From Desulfobacterales bacterium (GTDB lineage Bacteria; Desulfobacterota; Desulfobulbia; Desulfobulbales; JAGXFP01): 64,000 bases of DNA. The notes under the pieces were generated by a model. It did no database searches and was not told the DNA's origin. It saw only the letters and a program-made list of their open reading frames with translations. The stretch's first letter is position 1. Each line of letters opens with the position of its first letter. Shown in pieces: positions 8,145 to 16,512 of the stretch. The position numbers and the translations under genes were made by a program. Location: the NCBI GenBank assembly GCA_024637225.1, contig JAGXFP010000050.1, forward strand, positions 11,905-75,904. Reading direction: 5' to 3'.

Positions 8145-10364
8145 TTAATAAAAAATCCTGAGGCGAGCCCTGAAACTGTCGAAATCTCTTAATTCCCTGA
8201 TGGTTTCGCGAGTGCCGGTATTATATCCCAGGTCCAGGGATATTCCCGGCCCGACCTTCCAGGTCAGGCTGGGAGATATGCTCTTGGTAGAACTGTCCGC
8301 CTCCTCTGCCTGGCTATAACTGATCCTGAAACGCAAATCGCCATCCGGGAAAGGTGACCAGTTCACATTAAAATCCCTGCTGGAGGTGGAAGAATCGATT
8401 ATTCCTTCCTGCTCCCTGAAATTATAACTCGTAAAAGCACTCACAGTCTCTGTAACGCTCCACAGAAGCTGAGCTCTTCCTGACTGGGTCCTCCCGTCAA
8501 CCCTGTCGTCTTGTTCAACCCAGCTTGAGGAGTAGTTAAAATTTGCAACCAGCTTTGAATTAGGTCGTATATTCGTCGCCAGGGTAAGTGACTTGACGGT
8601 CTGTTCAACTCCGTTCAGCAGGGTGTTAAGCGAGTAACGCAGATCAAGATTCATGCTCAAGCCGGTATAAAAGCCGGCATTGGTCCGCAGGGTAAGCGAT
8701 TTGGAATCGGTGTCGCCCCTGGATTTTTTACTGTTAAACCCGGAGAAGATCAGCGACTGGCTGAGCTTTTCAAAGTAGTCTCCCTTGACGGCAAGACTGT
8801 ACGAATGATCCGTGTCATGCTCTTCACCCTGGGGAGAGCTTCTGATCCGATCCGTACGATTGACTCTGCCGTAGGTTGAAAATATCGGACTGAGGACATG
8901 ACGGAAATTAATTCCGTTGATCCATGAGCTGTTTTTCGAATCCCCGGGATCCGATTCCTGCTCACCGTAGGAAACATGATAATTAAAAATCGTTTTTTCA
9001 ACCGGGACCCAGCCGAGTTTAAAAGAATAATTCTGGGAAAGAGCTTCCGTTTCCCGACTGTCGCCGCTGACGCCTAGGATGGTAAAGGCTCTGATGTTAT
9101 TATAACGAATTTCGCCGGGTGCAAGGGTCAAAGGGGTGGTAGTCACCTTGACGCGACGGGCGTCGACTGCCGAGACCAGACGTATTTCAAAACGATGCTC
9201 GATAATGTTATAGGTGACCGAAGAGATCGAGCGCTCCGTCCAATCCAGTTCCAGCGGGTCAACAGTTTGATCATCATTACTGTAGAACTGCCAGGCCAGG
9301 GAACCGGCAATTTCCGCAATCTGGCTGGGAGAGAGCAGATCGGGGAAGTTTTCAGTATCATCGCTGAGTTGTATGTAGATCGTCGCCACTTCGGTGGAAT
9401 TATCGAAACCAAGACCGACGCTGACCGGATTGATGCCGCCATCCCTGCCGATATTGATGTCGGTTAACGGGTTGCCGGCGCCCACCTCGATCACTTCAAA
9501 GGGATCATTGCCGGTCGGCAGTGAATCATCAAATATATAAAACGGAGTGCCCAGTTCGGCAGCCGGAATATCGACAGTGCTGCCGGGACGGCTGAACTGT
9601 GCGTTTCTCTGGACAATCCGCGCGGATGCATTCACGTTGAATCGATCTTCCTTGTAAGTAAATGCCTTGGCGTAATCAACCTTGCCGTTATGGCTTCTGG
9701 ACCGGATTTCGGAGTCGTCCAGGTGGTTATAAGTATCGTTGCCGCTGAATCCATACTGAAACCGGTATCCCCGGTACTTGTACCTCGTATTGAGACTTAA
9801 CGTATCCCCGGTCGAATCGGCGGTCAAAGGATCATCCCGCAGTTCGGTCCGCCGGAAATTGAGATTAACCGGCGGAAGATCGACCGGATTCCAGTTAAAA
9901 CTCCCATGATATTGATCGATCATGATTTTTCTCGTCTCTCCGGAGTTCAGGTCCGTTTCCACGTCCCTGCTCCGGTAACCCAGATTCAGCCCGTAAAAAG
10001 GATCAGTCAGCCTGACATTCACATAGGGACTGATCGAAGTCTCCGATCTATCCGATTCCGCCCCGGCGAGGTCTGAATCGATAATCCGGCTGGTTGCGTC
10101 TTCATTCTCATAGCTGGTGCCAAGCCCAAGCTTAAGGTTCGGATAGATTCGCCTCGTTAAATCAAAATGATAGCGCTGGGTCAACCGGGAGCTCTCCGAT
10201 TCGGAAACATTTCCGGTGGTCTTTCCGGTAGTCTCGGAATCGGACGAAAAATATCTCAGATCAGCCGTAAGCGAGATCCCGTCCGCATGCAGAATATCGG
10301 GCAACAAAAGCAGCAGCAATGCCGCGGCTGTCGAAATTATGCTGGGAACAGACCGGGCAGACAT
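8145..10364 (-). CDS. Predicted large outer-membrane beta-barrel protein (739 aa)
   Basis: Signal peptide MSARSVPSIISTAAALLLLLLPDILHA. Alternating hydrophobic/polar strand pattern rich in Y, S, T, N, D and G throughout. C-terminal ...FRARLRIFY ends in the aromatic residue typical of BAM substrates. Confidence 0.6.
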   Translation of the reverse strand: MSARSVPSIISTAAALLLLLLPDILHADGISLTADLRYFSSDSETTGKTTGNVSESESSRLTQRYHFDLTRRIYPNLKLGLGTSYENEDATSRIIDSDLAGAESDRSETSISPYVNVRLTDPFYGLNLGYRSRDVETDLNSGETRKIMIDQYHGSFNWNPVDLPPVNLNFRRTELRDDPLTADSTGDTLSLNTRYKYRGYRFQYGFSGNDTYNHLDDSEIRSRSHNGKVDYAKAFTYKEDRFNVNASARIVQRNAQFSRPGSTVDIPAAELGTPFYIFDDSLPTGNDPFEVIEVGAGNPLTDINIGRDGGINPVSVGLGFDNSTEVATIYIQLSDDTENFPDLLSPSQIAEIAGSLAWQFYSNDDQTVDPLELDWTERSISSVTYNIIEHRFEIRLVSAVDARRVKVTTTPLTLAPGEIRYNNIRAFTILGVSGDSRETEALSQNYSFKLGWVPVEKTIFNYHVSYGEQESDPGDSKNSSWINGINFRHVLSPIFSTYGRVNRTDRIRSSPQGEEHDTDHSYSLAVKGDYFEKLSQSLIFSGFNSKKSRGDTDSKSLTLRTNAGFYTGLSMNLDLRYSLNTLLNGVEQTVKSLTLATNIRPNSKLVANFNYSSSWVEQDDRVDGRTQSGRAQLLWSVTETVSAFTSYNFREQEGIIDSSTSSRDFNVNWSPFPDGDLRFRISYSQAEEADSSTKSISPSLTWKVGPGISLDLGYNTGTRETIRELRDFDSFRARLRIFY

Positions 10365-10368
10365 CGCT

Positions 10369-11787
10369 CTAGAATTTACCCATCACAACCAGGGCATGCC
10401 CACCCTCTTCCGTCTCCATCTCCGCCAGTTTTCTCTTGCTGACCAGATTAAACTTATAGACCATATTCCCGTCAGCCGTCAGAATCAGGAGCACATTTTC
10501 TTCCCCGTCAATGGCTATGAAATCTGTTCCCTGACCTGCCCGGAAGCTGTCGATAAACACTTCCGTTAACGGATCGACGACAATAATTTCTCCTGTTTTT
10601 TTGCCGATATAGACATAATTGCCCTGGGGAGCCGCCTGCACCGAAGCGCCCTCGCCGCCGATAAATATTCTTCTGGTTACCTGAAGAGACCGGGTGTCCA
10701 GAACCAGCAGATCGGTTGAATATTCGGCGAGGATAAACAGGCTGTCGCCATCCCTGCTCAATACACCTCGGACAGGAGATTCATCAAGTGGGACGGAAGC
10801 CAGCAAGCTCCCCCCGACCAGATCAATAATGGAAATCGTGTTTGCCATTGTATGCAGGACATAGGCTGTTGTGCCATTTGCTCCAGCCACAATCCATGCC
10901 GGCTCGGGATCAAGCACCAACCGTGCGGTTTCGGAGAGGGAACCGGTATCGATAATGCTGACCGTGCCGGAACCGTAATTGGCTGAAAGAAGGGTCCTGC
11001 CGTCGGGGGTAAGGGTAAGCTCGGAAGGTTTATCGCCGAATTCCAATCTGATCGTGCCTGTTATCTCCAGGGTCGCGATGTTGATGACTTCGATGATGTC
11101 GTCGCCGGCGGCAGCGACATATACTATGCCGTTCGGCTCGTCGAGGGCCATGCCCTTCGGCTCGATGCCGGTATGAATAACCTGGACAACCTCCATAACA
11201 TTCTTGTTGAAAACCGTGACGATATTGTCGTTGGAATTGCTGACAAAACCCAGATGATTCAAGGGCGGCATCGAAGTTTTCCCCAGAGCGAATCGCGGCG
11301 TAAAACGTTCACCGTCGGTGACGAGGAACTCAGATGAGAGCTCAATAAAAAGGGCAAGCGATTCGCCGCGGTGAATGGAAAAGTTGAAATCGAGGACCAG
11401 AGGTTCGGCCGGCGGCATGAGTTCCATGCCGCCATTTTCGGTGACCATGCCCGCCTGCTCGATGGCAAGGGAAATCCCGCTGTACCTCCCAGCGGGAAGC
11501 GGCGTCGCGCTCAGCCGCTTCTGCATATCGGTTGCCTCTTGTCCGCTGATGATCATCCTGGCCGGCAGTACGCTGAGCAGCTCGTCACCCTCCTCGGGAA
11601 TAACGGAAATATTCCCGATGGTAAAACTCAACGACTGCATCTCCTGGGGCAAGGGCTGAAGATAAAGATACAGTTCCCCCAGTTCGCCCAGCGGCTCCTT
11701 GAGTACGGTTATTGTCTTGGGAGTGCTGCATCCACAGACAAGAACCGTGATCATCAGAAAAAAAATAGAGCGTACGATTATCAGCAT
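10369..11787 (-). CDS. Lipoprotein with an N-terminal Ig-like (DUF4382-like) domain and a YVTN-type beta-propeller (472 aa)
   Basis: Lipobox VLVCG|CS. Repeats of the YVTN type are present (IVYVAAAGDDIIEVINIATLE, LLSANYGSGTVSIIDTGSL, AYVLHTMANTISIIDL, LFILAEYSTDLLVLDTRSL). Its stop lies 4 nt before the barrel gene start. Confidence 0.7.
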   Translation of the reverse strand: MLIIVRSIFFLMITVLVCGCSTPKTITVLKEPLGELGELYLYLQPLPQEMQSLSFTIGNISVIPEEGDELLSVLPARMIISGQEATDMQKRLSATPLPAGRYSGISLAIEQAGMVTENGGMELMPPAEPLVLDFNFSIHRGESLALFIELSSEFLVTDGERFTPRFALGKTSMPPLNHLGFVSNSNDNIVTVFNKNVMEVVQVIHTGIEPKGMALDEPNGIVYVAAAGDDIIEVINIATLEITGTIRLEFGDKPSELTLTPDGRTLLSANYGSGTVSIIDTGSLSETARLVLDPEPAWIVAGANGTTAYVLHTMANTISIIDLVGGSLLASVPLDESPVRGVLSRDGDSLFILAEYSTDLLVLDTRSLQVTRRIFIGGEGASVQAAPQGNYVYIGKKTGEIIVVDPLTEVFIDSFRAGQGTDFIAIDGEENVLLILTADGNMVYKFNLVSKRKLAEMETEEGGHALVVMGKF

Positions 11788-11814
11788 AGTTTAAATACTC
11801 CACTCACGAGCGAC

Positions 11815-12996
11815 TCACGCGCCATGGCACTTCTCGCAAAACTGTCCCTGCCCGGGACCGAACTCGATCGAAATATCCCGGTTGTAATAACTGTACAGCA
11901 CGTCATTGCCCGAGACGCCGCCGTCACCCGGACCGGGATGGGATTCCGCCAGCAAAGCAGCATCAAAGTCCCATCTCCCCGCCGATCTGAAAGCCGAGCC
12001 ATGGGCGCGATGACAGGAAAGACACATGACTTTCGAGTTTGCATCGGGACCCTGGGTGCTGGTCGGGTCCAGCAATTGCGGATCGCCTGTTCCGCGTTCA
12101 AAAGGGACGAACTGCAGATAAGCGGTGCCGGCAATCCCCGTGCCCGTGCCGTTTGCCAGCAGGTCCCCGGTATTGATATAGGCGTTATACATGGAGATCG
12201 TTTCAATACTGAGCATTGCGTTGTTGCCGGCGGGGTGCACAAAACTCCCGGCGCCCAGGTGGCTATCCTGCAAAATGGCGCCGTGGCAGTTCCCGCACCA
12301 CTCACTCATTCCGGTACCGTAATCCACGTGGGATTCATCCGTTTCCCCGAATTTCCCGAGGATATTCTGCCTCGCCACCGGGGCGTCATAGGAAAATCGA
12401 TACCCCACGGCCGCGCTCCCTCCCTCGTAACGCGAATCACCCAGCAGCCTGTAGTTGCCGGTTACCCCTCCCCCCCCAGGCAGTTCGCCGTAGGAGCCGG
12501 AGACCGTTAACGGCAGGGCGCCGAGCCGGGTGCCGCCTCCTTTTTTCGCGTGAGGATCATGGCAGCTTATGCAGCTAAGATTTTCGGACGGGTAATTGCC
12601 TCCCGGCGATTCAACCAGACGCTGATCCCGGGTCAAGCCGAAATCAAGGGCAACGACATTATGGCCATGGCTTTCACCCCTGCTTTCACCCCCGCTCCAG
12701 GTGAAGGTCTTGTTAAGCCAGTAAAAATCCCCGCCGGGAGTCATGGCGGAACCGTCGGCACTGAATACCGAGGGGCTGTTCGCCCCACCCGTTCCGGAAT
12801 GGCAGTTCAGGCAGACCGAACTGGGGTCGGATCCCAGCAGCAGTGGCCCCCATTCATTTGCGTTATGCATGGAGTGGCAGCCGTTGCACTCCATCACCCC
12901 GCCGTTGTGAAATGAACGGACCGTACCGACATTGACGAGGAACACCCCGAGAAAAAATGCCGCGGTTGCCGCTATATGAACAGATTTAGGTGTCAT
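11815..12996 (-). CDS. Secreted hexaheme c-type cytochrome (393 aa)
   Basis: Six CXXCH motifs (CNGCH, CLNCH, CISCH, CGNCH, CLSCH, CEKCH). Signal peptide MTPKSVHIAATAAFFLGVFLVNVG. The heme sites are separated by long Gly/Ser-rich non-heme stretches. Confidence 0.85.
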   Translation of the reverse strand: MTPKSVHIAATAAFFLGVFLVNVGTVRSFHNGGVMECNGCHSMHNANEWGPLLLGSDPSSVCLNCHSGTGGANSPSVFSADGSAMTPGGDFYWLNKTFTWSGGESRGESHGHNVVALDFGLTRDQRLVESPGGNYPSENLSCISCHDPHAKKGGGTRLGALPLTVSGSYGELPGGGGVTGNYRLLGDSRYEGGSAAVGYRFSYDAPVARQNILGKFGETDESHVDYGTGMSEWCGNCHGAILQDSHLGAGSFVHPAGNNAMLSIETISMYNAYINTGDLLANGTGTGIAGTAYLQFVPFERGTGDPQLLDPTSTQGPDANSKVMCLSCHRAHGSAFRSAGRWDFDAALLAESHPGPGDGGVSGNDVLYSYYNRDISIEFGPGQGQFCEKCHGA

Positions 12997-13014
12997 AATT
13001 GCAGATGATAGCTC

Positions 13015-14001
13015 TCACTCCCCAACGATCCTGAAGACACTGACTCCCTTCCTCCCACCCTGGGCTATATAAAGAAGTCTCTTCTCATTATTTATGGCGA
13101 GATCGTCCGGGACGATCAGGCTGGAGTCTCGAAAACCCCGAAAGCCGAACTCGGTCAGGAAATTAAAAGAGCTGTCGAAAATCAGCACCACTGAGCGGAG
13201 CCGATCGGTAATATAGATATTCCCCTCGCGGTCGGTGACGATTCCGGCGATAACGCCGAACTTGCCTTTCGCGCCGCCGGATACGCCGAACATCTTGATC
13301 GTACCGTCCATCTGTCGCTTGAAGGTGGTAAACAAAAGAGGCACTGTGAAGAAAATATTTCCTTCCCGGTCGACATAAAATCCGAAAATAGTCATCGATT
13401 CCGGGTCAGCGAACTCGTCTCGACCGGGGCTGTTCTGGAAGGTATCTTTCAGTTCCAACAATTCCGCCTTGAGATGATATCCTTTCTGAAACCGGCCTCC
13501 GGTATCGATCACGACAAGATCCATGGAAGAAGCCTCGACCAGGTAGAGCAGGCCATCGATATACTGCACAAGGGATGGGCTAAACGGTTGAAAATCGGTG
13601 GGGAAATTTTGCAGGCTGATGGCGGGTTGGGGCTCGCCTTTATAATCGAGGCGCAGAATTTCACTAAATCCCTCCCTCCTCGGATATACCAGGTAAATAT
13701 CCCCCTCTGCGCCGATATCAAAATCCGAGGCGCCGGAAAGGGCGACATCATCACCCAATGTGAAAACCTCCATGCCGCGGCTATTGAAGATCCGCATAGT
13801 GTTATCCCGCGGATTAAGGGTAAAGGCCTCCGTTTGATCTTCATCCACGGCAACCCGGGAAAAGAGCGACGGTATAACTCCTTCAAAATCGGCCAGGCGA
13901 TGTAGGAAAACGACCTCAATGCCGCTTGCCTGGCTCGCGCCGAAAATCAGCAGGAAAATCGAAACAAGAAAACTGTAGGTGAGAAAAGATTTTTTCATCA
14001 T
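13015..14001 (-). CDS. Secreted NHL-repeat beta-propeller protein, first gene of the operon (328 aa)
   Basis: I trimmed ORF 13015..14067 to MMKKSFLTYSFLVSIFLLIFGASQASG (signal peptide). NHL-like blades are present (IYITDRLRSVVLIFD, LLYIAQGGRKGVSVFRI). An AT-rich region of about 350 bp lies upstream. Confidence 0.65.
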   Translation of the reverse strand: MMKKSFLTYSFLVSIFLLIFGASQASGIEVVFLHRLADFEGVIPSLFSRVAVDEDQTEAFTLNPRDNTMRIFNSRGMEVFTLGDDVALSGASDFDIGAEGDIYLVYPRREGFSEILRLDYKGEPQPAISLQNFPTDFQPFSPSLVQYIDGLLYLVEASSMDLVVIDTGGRFQKGYHLKAELLELKDTFQNSPGRDEFADPESMTIFGFYVDREGNIFFTVPLLFTTFKRQMDGTIKMFGVSGGAKGKFGVIAGIVTDREGNIYITDRLRSVVLIFDSSFNFLTEFGFRGFRDSSLIVPDDLAINNEKRLLYIAQGGRKGVSVFRIVGE

Positions 14002-14557
14002 GTTGTCTTTAAGTAAGCAAAAAAAGGACGCTTTTCTAAAAGTATCCATTTTATTTTCAAATACCACCGGACCAGCTTGATATTTTTCAAAATAGTTACC
14101 AACAACAAGCTGGCCCCCTGCCCAGGATAACTATTCAAGATTACTTACAAAATTAAAATTTTCGCTTTTATTGCAACCCCAGAATACTTCCTTCCTCATC
14201 CTCCGGTACTACCCCTGAATTATATTTTATAATATGAGCGATGTAAGAAACAACAGGTTGTTTTTCCGGCAGTAATATAGTTCGATTAGATAATGGGAAA
14301 AGGGTCATTTATGGAGGAGCAGGGAGTAATTGCAGATATTAAAATAGCTCATGCTATCAGCCAAGAGCTCTCTGGGCGCCGGGGATTGGGGGCATTTGGA
14401 CGACAACACGGATTACACAGACAGAATTGGCAAAAAGGCATGGGCTGGAGTTTTTCTTAGAGTTGATAATGAATATTGTAAAATTGGTTCCGGCGATTTC
14501 TCCTGGGGCTCGAGAGTTATTTATAGATTAAAAATATCTGGCCGGCTGCCACTGTTT

Positions 14558-16495
14558 ATGCGGGATACAAAACCCTACAGCCTTTTTTTTAATGCGAGGT
14601 GGATCTATCTTATCCTCCTGGTTATTCTGATCGCTGTTTCCTACAGCAATACGCTCCATTCACCATTTCTGCTGGATGACTACCATACCTTTATCGAAGA
14701 TCCCGGGGTGAAAATCAGGGAGGTCTCTTTATCCTCTCTGGAAAAACTGCGCGATACTAAATTCGGCCGGAGCCGCCTGCTTCCGATTATTACCCTGGCG
14801 CTTGACAACTCTCTGGGCGGCGGCAACGTATTCCAGTTTCACCTGACCAACATCGCGATTCATCTTTTATGTACAATTGCCGTTTTTTCCTTGATCAGGG
14901 GATTACTCACGACCAGGGCCGGGGCCGGCTCACTGCAATACCTGTCCGCCGTCGGATTCAGCCTTGTCGCCACCGGACTGTGGGCCTTGAATCCAGTGCA
15001 GACCAACGCGGTCACCTACCTGGTCCAGCGGATGACCTCGATTGCCGCGCTTTTTTATATCAGCGCCCTGGCCTTATACATCCATGGCAGACTGACTGCT
15101 GCTTCCTGGAAGAGGTATGTTTTTTTTGTTTCGGCGGCACTCGCGGCCCTGCTGGCTTTTCTGTCCAAGGAAAATGCCTTCACGCTCCCGGCGGCTCTCC
15201 TGCTTGTTGAGTTTTATTTTCTATCGCCCGGCAGTCTTGGCCGGGTTCTTAAAAAAATAAACAAAAAGCAGTGGTTATTGATCTCCCTGGGGTGTCTGGT
15301 TCTATTGCCGCTGCTGGCAAACCTGTTAGAGGGTGTTACCGCCGGTTACGGTTCAAGGGATTTCACCCTGGCCGAAAGGATGCTTACCCAGTTGCGGGTT
15401 GTGGTTTTTTATATCAGCCTTCTCCTTCTGCCCCTGCCGGGCCGGCTGAACCTGGAGCATGACTTCCCGCTTTCGATTTCGTTATTTTCCCCGCCGGCCA
15501 CCCTGCTTTGCCTCATTCTGCTGTCGGCAATTTTTTTGATCGCCTTAAAAATCAGGAAATCCCACCCTCTTGTCTCCTTTGGGATTATGTGGTTTTTCCT
15601 GAACCTGCTGATTGAATCGACATTCGTTCCCCTGGAAATCATTTTCGAACACCGGCTCTATCTGCCCTCGGTCGGCTTCTTTATTGTTATGACTGTCCTG
15701 CTGGATTTGGCCGCAAGATCGATCCTCAGCAGATATCCAGACCGGTCCGTAAAAAGATTATTGTTTTTCGTCGTCGTCATTCTTTTTTGCTCTTCCTCAT
15801 TTTTAACTTACTCCCGTAATAACGACTGGCGCGATCCCCTGACTTTTTATAGTGATATTGTAAAAAAATCACCGAACAAGGAAAGGCCGCGCAACGATCT
15901 TGCCATGGCATATGCCGAAAGGGGGGATTTTGATAACGCAATAAAGCATAATCTGATCGCCATTGAGATTAATCCGGATTATGCAGCGGTATACAACAAC
16001 CTGGGCAACCTGTACCGCCGGATGGGCATGCTTGACAAAGCCGACAATTACCTCCGCCAGGCCTTGCGGTTAAAACCCGGCATGGCGGGAGCGTATAACA
16101 ACCTTGGCCTGGTGTATAGCCAAAAAGGCATGACGGCCAAAGCCATGGAAGCGTACCGGCGGGCGTTAGAGCTCAATCCCGGGAATTCCGGGGTTTACAA
16201 CAATCTCGGAGAAGCTTATGAAAAGGCCGGCCGGCTGGACGGAGCCGTTCGGATATATCGCGAAGCCCTGCGGATTAACCCGGATAATGCGGAGGCACAT
16301 AATCATCTGGGGATTGCATTGGCCAAAAAAGGCATGGTGGATGAAGCGATCCGCCATTTCCAGCTCGCCTTGCGAATCAAGCCGGATGAGCCGTACTTTC
16401 ATAGCAATCTCGCCAATGCCTATACCATGAAGGGAATGGCAAGGAAGGCCGGCGAACACCGAAGACGAGCCGCGGATCTGCGGGGCGGCAAATAA
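14558..16495 (+). CDS. Polytopic membrane protein with a C-terminal TPR array (TMTC/PMT-like glycosyltransferase-type architecture)
   Basis: About 10 predicted transmembrane helices follow MRDTKPYSLFFNARWIYLILLV. After these come at least 6 TPR repeats (AYNNLGxxYxxxGxxxxAxxxYxxALxxxP). The longer ORF begins at 14351 and I prefer the internal ATG at 14558. Confidence 0.65.
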   Translation: MRDTKPYSLFFNARWIYLILLVILIAVSYSNTLHSPFLLDDYHTFIEDPGVKIREVSLSSLEKLRDTKFGRSRLLPIITLALDNSLGGGNVFQFHLTNIAIHLLCTIAVFSLIRGLLTTRAGAGSLQYLSAVGFSLVATGLWALNPVQTNAVTYLVQRMTSIAALFYISALALYIHGRLTAASWKRYVFFVSAALAALLAFLSKENAFTLPAALLLVEFYFLSPGSLGRVLKKINKKQWLLISLGCLVLLPLLANLLEGVTAGYGSRDFTLAERMLTQLRVVVFYISLLLLPLPGRLNLEHDFPLSISLFSPPATLLCLILLSAIFLIALKIRKSHPLVSFGIMWFFLNLLIESTFVPLEIIFEHRLYLPSVGFFIVMTVLLDLAARSILSRYPDRSVKRLLFFVVVILFCSSSFLTYSRNNDWRDPLTFYSDIVKKSPNKERPRNDLAMAYAERGDFDNAIKHNLIAIEINPDYAAVYNNLGNLYRRMGMLDKADNYLRQALRLKPGMAGAYNNLGLVYSQKGMTAKAMEAYRRALELNPGNSGVYNNLGEAYEKAGRLDGAVRIYREALRINPDNAEAHNHLGIALAKKGMVDEAIRHFQLALRIKPDEPYFHSNLANAYTMKGMARKAGEHRRRAADLRGGK

Positions 16496-16512
16496 CTCCG
16501 CTCCGGTCCCGG

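Noticed and set aside
11371-12510. Long ORFs antisense to, or out of frame with, confidently called genes. Examples are 11371-12510(+), 17422-18282(+), 36512-37681(+), 39294-40037(-), 43633-44178(-), 53720-54556(-), 55199-56068(-) and 57609-58823(-).
   Set aside because: They overlap genes with clear family motifs (cytochrome, TPR, atpA, atpB, SOR, regulator, cheB, MCP). Their translations are Arg/Gly/Pro-rich and low in complexity, and they lack ribosome-binding sites. These are typical shadow ORFs of GC-rich coding DNA.
14068-14350. Promoter of the cytochrome operon (sigma70 TTGAAA...GGTATT-like hexamers, and a GG-N10-GC match at about 14105-14122 on the minus strand).
   Set aside because: The region is AT-rich and surely regulatory, but none of the hexamer or -24/-12 matches is good enough to assign.
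14351-14557. N-terminal 69-aa extension of the TPR membrane protein ORF.
   Set aside because: The extension is hydrophilic with atypical composition and lies in the AT-rich intergenic region. The first transmembrane helix and family-like sequence begin after the ATG at 14558. The longer start cannot be excluded.
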